Of a stretch of 64,000 bases of DNA, positions 27,473 through 36,703 are shown piece by piece; within the stretch, counting starts at the first letter, position 1; every line of letters begins with the position of its first letter. The translations under genes and the position numbers were made by a program. The stretch is from an uncultured Clostridia bacterium (GTDB lineage: Bacteria > Bacillota > Clostridia > TANB77 > CAG-508): assembly GCA_944386675.1 (NCBI GenBank), contig CALXBY010000006.1, forward strand, positions 330 through 64,329, written 5' to 3'. A model generated the notes under the pieces. That model saw only the letters and a program-made list of their open reading frames with translations, did no database searches and had not been told where the DNA came from.

Positions 27473-27501
27473 GGGCTGGCGTTGCCACCCCCTTATTTTT
27501 T
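27472..27501 (+). terminator. GC-rich Rho-independent terminator
   Basis: ggggctggc gtt gccaccccc followed by ttatttttt. Confidence 0.8.
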
Positions 27502-27520
27502 ATTCGAAATAGAAAATTAC

Positions 27521-27549
27521 TTGAAAAATTGCATATAATCTAGTATAAT
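27521..27549 (+). promoter_or_regulatory. Sigma-A promoter for trpS
   Basis: TTGAAA, 17-nt spacer, TATAAT. Confidence 0.65.
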
Positions 27550-27585
27550 ATGGGTATTAAAAAGAGAAAGAAAAGGTGGAAAATA

Positions 27586-28593
27586 ATGAAAAAAAGAATA
27601 TTAACAGGTGATAGACCAACAGGAAAATTACATATAGGTCATTATTTTGGTTCATTAAAAAAGAGAATAGAAATGCAAAATAGTGGGGATTATGATATGT
27701 ATATCTTAATTGCAGACGTGCAAGCATTAACAGATAATTTTAATAATCCAGAAAAAGTAAGAAAAAATGTGAGAGAATTAGCAATGGATTATTTATCATG
27801 TGGGATAGATCCAGAAAAAACAACAATATACATTCAATCTATGATACCAGAAACAGCAGAATTAACCATATATTATTCAAATTTAGTAACCATTGCAAGG
27901 CTTGAAAGAAATCCAACCGTAAAAACAGAAATTGCACAAAAAAGAGAACTATTTGGAGAAAGTGTAACTTATGGATTTTTAGGATATCCAGTAAGCCAAG
28001 CAGCAGATATTACAACTTTTGATGGAGAGTTAGTTCCAGCAGGAGAAGACCAAGAGCCTTTAATTGAACAATGTAGAGAAATTGTAAGAAAATTCAATAG
28101 TATTTATGGAGAAGTTCTAGTAGAACCTAAAATTGTATTATCAGAAGGAAAAAGAATTAAAGGATTAGACGGAAATGAAAAAATGGGAAAATCTCTTGGA
28201 AATGCAATCTATTTATCAGATTCAGAAGAGGAAATTACAAAAAAAGTTATGAGTGCTGTAACAGATCCAAATAGAATAAAAAAAGAGGATTTAGGAAATC
28301 CTGATATATGTATGGTAGCATATTACCATAAATTATTTTCAAACCAAGAAGAAGTTGATACAGTATGCAATGAATGTAAAGCAGGAAAAAGAGGTTGTGT
28401 TGCTTGTAAAAAACAATTAGCAAAAAATATTATAGAATACTTAAGACCAATTAGAGAAAAAAGAAAATATTATGAAGAGCATCCAGAATTAGTAGATAAG
28501 ATTTTAAAAGAGGGAACAGAGAAAGCAAGAAAAACAGCACAAGCAACAATGAAAAAAGTGAAAAAAGCAATGAAATTAGACTATTTTGAATAA
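27586..28593 (+). CDS. trpS: Tryptophan--tRNA ligase
   Basis: TGDRPTGKLHIGHYFG (HIGH) and KMGKS (KMSKS). Start moved from 27550, which overlaps the -10, to 27586, which has AAAGGTGG upstream. Confidence 0.93.
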   Translation: MKKRILTGDRPTGKLHIGHYFGSLKKRIEMQNSGDYDMYILIADVQALTDNFNNPEKVRKNVRELAMDYLSCGIDPEKTTIYIQSMIPETAELTIYYSNLVTIARLERNPTVKTEIAQKRELFGESVTYGFLGYPVSQAADITTFDGELVPAGEDQEPLIEQCREIVRKFNSIYGEVLVEPKIVLSEGKRIKGLDGNEKMGKSLGNAIYLSDSEEEITKKVMSAVTDPNRIKKEDLGNPDICMVAYYHKLFSNQEEVDTVCNECKAGKRGCVACKKQLAKNIIEYLRPIREKRKYYEEHPELVDKILKEGTEKARKTAQATMKKVKKAMKLDYFE

Positions 28594-28598
28594 GAATA

Positions 28599-28706
28599 GT
28601 TGCCAAAGGGGACGGGGCATTTTGGCAACTTATAATATAAGTGTAATAAAAGATAATTTTTAAATATAAATCAAAGTTGCCAAAATGCCCCGTCCCCTTT
28701 GGCAAC
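28599..28706. repeat. Pair of inverted 31-nt hairpin units with a GGGGACGG loop, filling the trpS-obg spacer
   Basis: Unit 28599-28629 is gttgccaaaggggacggggcattttggcaac. Unit 28676-28706 is its exact reverse complement. The obg RBS follows within 3 nt. Confidence 0.8.
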
Positions 28707-28716
28707 ATGGAGGTAA

Positions 28717-29991
<1,275 letters not shown>

Positions 29992-30006
29992 AAATTAAAA
30001 AAATAG

Positions 30007-30035
30007 TTGACGAAAGGGCGAAAAAATGGTATAAC
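30007..30035 (+). promoter_or_regulatory. Sigma-A promoter for tRNA-Glu
   Basis: TTGACG, 17-nt spacer, (TGg)TATAAC, 16 nt upstream of the tRNA 5' end. Confidence 0.65.
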
Positions 30036-30051
30036 TATAAAGTAATTTTAT

Positions 30052-30126
30052 GGCCCCTTGGTCAAGCGGTTAAGACGCCACCCTCTCAAGGTGGAATCAT
30101 GGGTTCGATTCCCGTAGGGGTCACCA
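30052..30126 (+). tRNA. tRNA-Glu (anticodon CUC), CCA encoded
   Basis: Cloverleaf folded by hand: acceptor GGCCCCT/AGGGGTC, anticodon stem CCACC/GGTGG, loop CTCTCAA, T-loop GGTTCGATTCC. Confidence 0.9.
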
Positions 30127-30210
30127 AATATTAAAAGGGAGTAGCTTTCAATTACTAATCAACAGTCGCGATAGTTATATCTGGTTAGTAAACTTTTTTA
30201 GGAAGTAAGC

Positions 30211-30254
30211 AAGACTTTTAAAAGGAATAAAATCTTTTTAAGAGTCTTTTTTTG
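30211..30254 (+). terminator. Rho-independent terminator after tRNA-Glu
   Basis: aagacttttaaaagg...ctttttaagagtctt stem plus T7. Confidence 0.7.
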
Positions 30255-30441
30255 TGTTTAAAAGGTTTTATTTCTGTTATAGAAGTTAATAACGAAGGAA
30301 AAGAGGCGACTAAAAATGTAAAGAAAAATTTATAATGTAATTAATTTTTTTATAAAAATAAAACAAAATATTGATATGTTTTCACAATTTGGATAAAATA
30401 AAAGTGAAAATATACCAAAAAAATCAAAGGAGGAAAAAGGA

Positions 30442-33171
30442 TTGGAAAATAAGAATTGGTTTAACAAAGGAATTAAAGATGTCGAAAAAGAGTTAGAAAC
30501 AAATCAAGAAACAGGTTTATCGCAAGAAGAAGTTTCAAAAAGAAGAGAAAAATATGGCTTGAATCAACTAAAAGAAAAGAAAAAGAAATCACTACTTATG
30601 AGATTTATAGATCAATTTAAAGATTTTTCTATTATTATTTTAATTATTGCTGCTATTGTATCAGGATTTGTAGGTGTTGCAGAAGGAGAAGGTATTACAG
30701 ATACGATTATCATTTTAATTGTTGTTATTTTAAATGCAGTAATTGGTGTAACACAAGAATCAAAAGCAGAAAAATCATTAGAAGCATTGCAAAAATTGAC
30801 AGACCATGCATCTAAAGTTGTAAGAGATGGAAATGTAACCGTTGTTCCAGCAAAAGAATTAGTACCAGGTGACATTGTTGTATTAGATACAGGAGATTAC
30901 ATACCAGCAGATTTAAGAATAATAGAAGCAGTTAATTTAAAAACACAAGAATCTTCATTAACGGGAGAATCTGTACCAGTAGATAAAACAACAGAAAAAA
31001 TTGAAGGAGAAGATGTAGGAATTGGTGATAGAACCAATATGCTATTCTCATCTAGTCTAGTAACTTATGGTAGAGGAAAAGGAATTGTTGTAGAAACAGG
31101 AATGACAACAGAGGTTGGAAAAATTGCAGAAATGATAAATGAAACAGAAGAACAAATTACGCCTTTACAACAAAAATTAAATAAATTAGGAAAAACTTTA
31201 GGAATTACAGCCATCATTATTTGTGTGGTTATCTTTATAATAGGATTATTCCAACAAAAAGAACCAATTCATATGTTCATGACAGCTGTATCATTAGCAG
31301 TTGCTGCAATTCCAGAAGGATTGGTAGCCGTATCAACAATTGTTTTAGCAATTGGTGTACAAAAAATGGTAAAAAGAAATGCTATTGTAAAAAAATTACC
31401 AGCAGTTGAAACATTAGGAAGTGCAACCGTTATTTGTTCAGATAAAACAGGAACTTTAACACAAAACAAAATGACAGTAGAAAAAGTATTCTTAAATGGA
31501 GAAATAAAAGACTTAAGTGAAATCGATAGCAAAAATGTATCAGAAGATATGACCACATTGGTATATGCAAATATGTTATGTAATGATACCAAAATTGCAA
31601 AAGATGGAACATTAACAGGAGACCCAACAGAAACTGCATTAGTAGATATGGCATTTAAATTAAATTTTGACCCAAGTATCTATGACAGAATGATACGTAT
31701 CTCAGAAGTACCATTTGATTCTGATAGAAAATTAATGACAACGGTCAATAAAGTAAACGAAAAATACATCGCATATACTAAGGGCGGTGTAGATGAATTA
31801 TTAAGAATTTGTAAAGGATATTTATACAATAATGAAATAAAAAATGACCTAGACAATTATGCAGTTACCATAAGACAAAAAAATGAAGAAATGGCAAAAG
31901 AGGCTTTAAGAGTTTTAGCATGTGGATACAAAGAATTTGACCATGAACCAACTGACAAAGAATTAGAAAATATAGAAAGTGAATTAATCTTTGTGGGAAT
32001 GGTTGGAATGATAGACCCACCAAGAGAAGAAGCAAAAAAAGCTGTAGAAAAATGTAAAACAGCAGGAATCAAAACAGTAATGATTACAGGAGACCACAAA
32101 ATTACAGCAACAGCTATTGCTAAGAAGTTAGGAATTCTAGAAAATGAAGATGAAGCAATTACTGGTTTAGACCTAGAAAAGATGTCTGATGAAGAACTAC
32201 AAAAAAATGTAAGACATTATTCTGTATATGCGAGAGTTTCTCCAGAACATAAAGTAAGAATTGTAAAAGCATGGCAAAAAAACGGAGAAATTGTAGCCAT
32301 GACAGGAGATGGTGTAAATGATAGTCCAGCATTAAAAACAGCAGATATTGGTTGTGCAATGGGAATTGTTGGAACAGATGTTGCAAAAGAAGCAGCAGAC
32401 GTTATCTTAACAGATGATAACTTTGCAACGATTGTATCAGCAGTAGAAGAAGGAAGAAGAATTTATGATAATATCTTAAAAGTTATTCAATTCTTATTAT
32501 CAAGTAATATAGGAGAAGTTGTTGTATTATTCTTAGCAACATTATTAACCCCATTATTTGCTGAGTGGTTTGGCATAACAGATATTGCACACTTAGAAAT
32601 TTTATTACCAATTCACATTTTATGGATAAACTTAGTAACAGACTCATTACCAGCATTAGCATTAGCATTTGACCCAGCAAATGCAGATATTATGAATAGA
32701 AAACCAAATAAACCAGGAAAAGGCGTTTTTACAAAGGGAATGACATGGCGAATTGTATATCAAGGTGTTATGATAGGCTTATTAACACTTGGAGCATTTA
32801 TGATAGGACTTGCAACAACGACAGAACCAATTGATGGATTAACATTAGATGAATCAAAAATAGAAGTAGGTCAAACAATGGCGTTTGTTACACTAGCCTT
32901 TTCAGAATTAGTCCATGTATTTAATGTAAGAAATAACAAAAAATCAATCTTTAAAACAAAAGTATTTAATAATAGTAAATTAATATGGGCAGTACTTGGA
33001 TCAGCGCTATTAATGGGAGTTATCTTAGCAGTGCCAGCTTTAAGAGCAATCTTTAGTATACCAGTATTACCAACACAAAATATCTTAGAATTAATTGGTT
33101 TAGTTATAGCACCATTAATTATTGTAGAATTGTTTAAATTGTTTAAGATTAATAGTTTTAAAGATGAATAA
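30442..33171 (+). CDS. Calcium-translocating P-type ATPase (P2A/PMCA-SERCA-like)
   Basis: TTG start after AAAGGAGG. Motifs DKTGTLT, TGES, MTGDGVNDSPALK, and 10 TM helices. Confidence 0.93.
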   Translation: MENKNWFNKGIKDVEKELETNQETGLSQEEVSKRREKYGLNQLKEKKKKSLLMRFIDQFKDFSIIILIIAAIVSGFVGVAEGEGITDTIIILIVVILNAVIGVTQESKAEKSLEALQKLTDHASKVVRDGNVTVVPAKELVPGDIVVLDTGDYIPADLRIIEAVNLKTQESSLTGESVPVDKTTEKIEGEDVGIGDRTNMLFSSSLVTYGRGKGIVVETGMTTEVGKIAEMINETEEQITPLQQKLNKLGKTLGITAIIICVVIFIIGLFQQKEPIHMFMTAVSLAVAAIPEGLVAVSTIVLAIGVQKMVKRNAIVKKLPAVETLGSATVICSDKTGTLTQNKMTVEKVFLNGEIKDLSEIDSKNVSEDMTTLVYANMLCNDTKIAKDGTLTGDPTETALVDMAFKLNFDPSIYDRMIRISEVPFDSDRKLMTTVNKVNEKYIAYTKGGVDELLRICKGYLYNNEIKNDLDNYAVTIRQKNEEMAKEALRVLACGYKEFDHEPTDKELENIESELIFVGMVGMIDPPREEAKKAVEKCKTAGIKTVMITGDHKITATAIAKKLGILENEDEAITGLDLEKMSDEELQKNVRHYSVYARVSPEHKVRIVKAWQKNGEIVAMTGDGVNDSPALKTADIGCAMGIVGTDVAKEAADVILTDDNFATIVSAVEEGRRIYDNILKVIQFLLSSNIGEVVVLFLATLLTPLFAEWFGITDIAHLEILLPIHILWINLVTDSLPALALAFDPANADIMNRKPNKPGKGVFTKGMTWRIVYQGVMIGLLTLGAFMIGLATTTEPIDGLTLDESKIEVGQTMAFVTLAFSELVHVFNVRNNKKSIFKTKVFNNSKLIWAVLGSALLMGVILAVPALRAIFSIPVLPTQNILELIGLVIAPLIIVELFKLFKINSFKDE

Positions 33172-33173
33172 GA

Positions 33174-33482
33174 AAAAAGGGAATTTGGGGACGGACTCAT
33201 TTTTCCCTTTTTTAAATTTATCCAAGATAAAAAATATAGAATATAAAGTTATTTCACAATTTTGTATAAGCTAAATTTTCATAGAAATTCTAAAAGAAAA
33301 AAGTGTGCTTCTCTCATTATTGCTATAAAGTATAAGCAAAATGAGCAGTCCTCACTTTTTTCTTTAATAATAACTAAATTCAAATTTAGATATGCAAAAT
33401 CGTTTCATTTTTTATATTTTATATTTTTTTATTTTTTACTTTAAAAAAGGGAAAAATGAGTCCGTCCCCAAATTCCCTTTTT
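33174..33482. mobile_element. MITE-like palindromic element with perfect 43-bp TIRs of a different type and the same core family as 21135-21565
   Basis: TIR 33174-33216 (aaaaagggaatttggggacggactcatttttcccttttttaaa) is the reverse complement of 33440-33482. The core arms are homologous, in inverted orientation, to the arms of the 21.2-kb element. Confidence 0.75.
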
Positions 33483-33570
33483 ACACAATCCTTAATAAAA
33501 AATTAATAAATCCTCTATTTATTATTAATAAAAATGTGGTATAGTATATATGCTAGAGGAGGAAAAAATT

Positions 33571-34278
33571 ATGTATAATATATTAGTTGTAGATGATGAT
33601 AAAGAAATTGTAAATGCTATTGAAATCTATTTATCACAAGAAGGATATCATATTATAAAAGCCTATGATGGAGAAGAGGCTTTAGAAAAGTTAAAAGAAA
33701 ATGAAATTCATCTAATTATTTTAGATATCATGATGCCAAATAAAGATGGAATTGAAACATTGCAGGAAATTAGAAAAGATAAAACGATTCCAGTTATTAT
33801 GCTTTCTGCAAAATCAGAAGACTATGATAAAATTTCAGGATTAAATACTGGAGCAGATGATTATGTCACAAAACCATTTAATCCATTAGAATTAATAGCA
33901 AGGGTAAAATCAAATATTAGAAGATATGTTGACTTTAACCAAGTAAATATAAAGCCAGAAGCGAAAACGGGAAATCTATTGACAACAGGTGCTTTGGAAA
34001 TGAATGACGAGACAAAGAAAGTTACAGTAGATAGAAAAGAAATAAAGTTAACTGCAACAGAGTATAACATATTAAAATTTTTATTAGAAAATAAGGGAAA
34101 AGTATATTCTATAGAACAAATTTATGAAAATGTATGGAATGAAGAAAGCTATGGTGCAGAAAATATTATAGCGGTTCATATTAGACATATCAGAGAAAAA
34201 ATAGAAATTAATCCTAAAGACCCAAAATACTTAAAAGTGATTTGGGGAATTGGATATAAAGTAGAAGATATAAAGTGA
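33571..34278 (+). CDS. OmpR-family response regulator
   Basis: MYNILVVDDD receiver plus a winged-helix C-terminus. GGAGG lies 9 nt upstream of 33571. Confidence 0.9.
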   Translation: MYNILVVDDDKEIVNAIEIYLSQEGYHIIKAYDGEEALEKLKENEIHLIILDIMMPNKDGIETLQEIRKDKTIPVIMLSAKSEDYDKISGLNTGADDYVTKPFNPLELIARVKSNIRRYVDFNQVNIKPEAKTGNLLTTGALEMNDETKKVTVDRKEIKLTATEYNILKFLLENKGKVYSIEQIYENVWNEESYGAENIIAVHIRHIREKIEINPKDPKYLKVIWGIGYKVEDIK

Positions 34279-34366
34279 TAAACGAATGAATAAGTTAAAA
34301 ATGAAAAGGGAAAAGTTAGGCAAGAACAAACAAATAAGAATGATAATAAATAAAGAAGGTGAAGCC

Positions 34367-36457
34367 ATGCAAAATATAAGAGATTCAATATTGTTAAAAT
34401 TTTTATGTTATATATTAATCCCTATAATGATTTTCGTTTTAGCAATTAGTATTATAGATATATCCATTACTTCACAATATGGAGAAATGGATGGACCAGA
34501 AGAATATATTGAAACAGAAGAATTTGGAAGAGAATATTTAGCAACATTGATTTCTAATGTTCAAGATATTAATAGGGATAAAAGGCGAATGAAAGCAAGT
34601 GCAGAGGAAGTAGATACTTCAATGGATTTAAATGCGACAGAGACAAGTACAGAAGATATTGAAAGAGAAAATCCATATGATAATTATAGTGAAATAGAAG
34701 ATGAAAGCTATGCATATCCAGTATATTATGAATCAATACAATATAATAACACTAGATTAAGTCCATATATCAATTATATCATTATTGATAAAGAAACTGG
34801 AAATATGTTTACCAATATTAGGTCAAACAATTACCTTGAAGAAATCAATAAATTAAGAGCAGAAAAGACCAATTGGAGCTATCAAGATGGAAATATTGCA
34901 ACAAATATTACTAGCATTAATCAGGAAAGTGCAAAATATATAACATCATCTTATTATTCTGTAGATAATTTTGAAGGATATGAGATATATTCAAACATTG
35001 ACCCAACGATGTTAAATTATTCAAATTCCTTATATGTTCAACAAAGTGTATATAATCTATTTAAAGGACATGAAAACTTACCAAGCTATTTAATACCATT
35101 GTCAGCAATTTCAATTATTGCAATGATTGTGTATTTAATTTGGGCAACAGGACATGAAAAAGGAAAAGAAGGTATTCAATTAAATAGTTTAGATAAAATT
35201 TCTTATGAAATCATATCAATTGTGATTATGTTTATCATTGGAATGATGATAAGTTTTGCTGTAGCAAGTATAGAATCACAAATTCCTCAAAGGATTCTCG
35301 TATCTGTATTTTTGTTATGTTATTTAATTGGATATGCAAGTTTAGCAGTATGGGTTGCTACAACCATTAGACGATTAAAAGCAAAACAATTTATCCGTTC
35401 ATTCTTAACCTATAAAGTTTGTAGATGGATAAAAGTAACCATTCAAAAAATATTTAGAAAAGTAACAGATAAAGAAAATACAAATCGAAAAATCACAATA
35501 ATCTATTGGGGATTTGTTGTCATTAGTATTATACTAGCATGCACTATGTGGAGTGGAATCGGCTTAATAATTTTAATAGTCTTTTGGATATGGGTATATT
35601 ACAAATTATTACAATATAATAAAAAGATACAAAAAATAAATGAGGCATTGAGAAATATATATGAAGGAAATCCAAATGTAAAACTAAATGAAGAAGAATT
35701 AGAAGGAACATTAAAAATTATGGCAAAATACATTAATGATATAGCAGGAGGATTTACCAATGCCATTGAACAAAGTTTAAAATCAGAAAGACTAAAAACA
35801 GAATTAATCACAAATGTGTCACATGATATCAAAACACCGTTAACTTCAATTATAAACTATGTAGATTTATTGAAAAAAGAAGATATTCAAAATGCACAAG
35901 TAGAACAATATATTGCTGTGTTAGATAAAAAGTCACAAAGACTAAAAAAACTAATAGAAGACTTAGTAGAAGCGTCAAAAGTATCTTCTGGAAATGTAAA
36001 GCTAAATATGGAAGTGATTAACTTAAAAGAATTATTAAATCAAACAGTTGGAGAGTTTGAAGATAAGTTGGAAAAGAAAAACTTAAAAATAGAAATGGAT
36101 TTACCAAATGAAAATGTATTGATTAAAGCTGATAATCGATACTTATATAGAGTAATAGAAAATGTATTTAGTAATATTACAAAATATGCATTAGAAGGTT
36201 CTAGAGTGTATATCAAGCTAGAAAAACAAAAAGAAGAGGTATATCTAGAATTTAAAAATATATCAAAAGATAAATTAAATATTAGTGCAGAGGAATTAAT
36301 GCAACGATTTGTAAGAGGTGATAAATCTAGATACACAGAAGGAAGTGGATTAGGTCTTTCCATAGCAGAAAGTTTAACAGAATTACAAGGAGGAAAATTC
36401 AAGATTGATATAGATGGAGACCTATTCAAAGTAGAAATTAAATGGAAAAGTGAGTGA
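34367..36457 (+). CDS. Sensor histidine kinase (two TM blocks, HisKA plus HATPase_c)
   Basis: H-box SHDIKTPLTSI and G-box GSGLGLSIA. Start chosen at the ATG with GAAGGTGA upstream; the frame is open from 34286. Confidence 0.85.
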   Translation: MQNIRDSILLKFLCYILIPIMIFVLAISIIDISITSQYGEMDGPEEYIETEEFGREYLATLISNVQDINRDKRRMKASAEEVDTSMDLNATETSTEDIERENPYDNYSEIEDESYAYPVYYESIQYNNTRLSPYINYIIIDKETGNMFTNIRSNNYLEEINKLRAEKTNWSYQDGNIATNITSINQESAKYITSSYYSVDNFEGYEIYSNIDPTMLNYSNSLYVQQSVYNLFKGHENLPSYLIPLSAISIIAMIVYLIWATGHEKGKEGIQLNSLDKISYEIISIVIMFIIGMMISFAVASIESQIPQRILVSVFLLCYLIGYASLAVWVATTIRRLKAKQFIRSFLTYKVCRWIKVTIQKIFRKVTDKENTNRKITIIYWGFVVISIILACTMWSGIGLIILIVFWIWVYYKLLQYNKKIQKINEALRNIYEGNPNVKLNEEELEGTLKIMAKYINDIAGGFTNAIEQSLKSERLKTELITNVSHDIKTPLTSIINYVDLLKKEDIQNAQVEQYIAVLDKKSQRLKKLIEDLVEASKVSSGNVKLNMEVINLKELLNQTVGEFEDKLEKKNLKIEMDLPNENVLIKADNRYLYRVIENVFSNITKYALEGSRVYIKLEKQKEEVYLEFKNISKDKLNISAEELMQRFVRGDKSRYTEGSGLGLSIAESLTELQGGKFKIDIDGDLFKVEIKWKSE

Positions 36458-36501
36458 TAGAGATGTGCCAATCGTTCAAAAAGAGAACGAAGGGGACAGA
36501 T
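36458..36501. repeat. Degenerate solo copy of the 45-bp GGGAC TIR
   Basis: tagagatgtgccaatcgttcaaaaagagaacgaaggggacagat aligns with tagggacgtgccaaatcgtttcaaaatgagaccaaaagggacagac. Confidence 0.6.
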
Positions 36502-36511
36502 TTTCTAAGAA

Positions 36512-36555
36512 AATAATGGAACGTTTTGAGATACTTTTAACGTTCTATTATTTTG
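36512..36555 (+). terminator. Terminator after the two-component operon
   Basis: aataatggaacgtt...aacgttctattatt stem plus T run. Confidence 0.6.
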
Positions 36556-36610
36556 TATATATTGTTTATATATAATTTCAAATAATTTACCAGATTTTCA
36601 TAAAAAACGT

Positions 36611-36639
36611 TTGACATTTTTATCTATTTAATAGATAAT
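36611..36639 (+). promoter_or_regulatory. Candidate sigma-A promoter for the phosphorylase gene
   Basis: TTGACA, 17-nt spacer, GATAAT. Confidence 0.5.
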
Positions 36640-36703
36640 GTATATGTGAAATAAATTAAACATTAAGATAAGTTTGAAGAAAATTACTAAGGAGGAAATA
36701 TAG

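Noticed and set aside
27130-27500. T-box riboswitch leader for trpS
   Set aside because: trpS is often T-box regulated, and a terminator precedes it. However, I could not find the T-box sequence (AA..GGGTGGTACCGCG-like), a specifier loop with UGG, or AG-bulge/distal-loop motifs. A strong independent promoter (27521-27549) also sits between the terminator and trpS.
27130-27500. RNase P RNA, tmRNA or SRP RNA in the GC-rich islet
   Set aside because: The hallmark motifs are absent. There is no GAGGAAAGTCC (RNase P), no tRNA-like 3' end GGTTCGA..CCACCA or tag ORF (tmRNA), and no SRP domain IV motif.
33262-33444. 60-aa ORF from the track
   Set aside because: It lies wholly inside the palindromic element, has no RBS, and translates as low-complexity AT-rich sequence.
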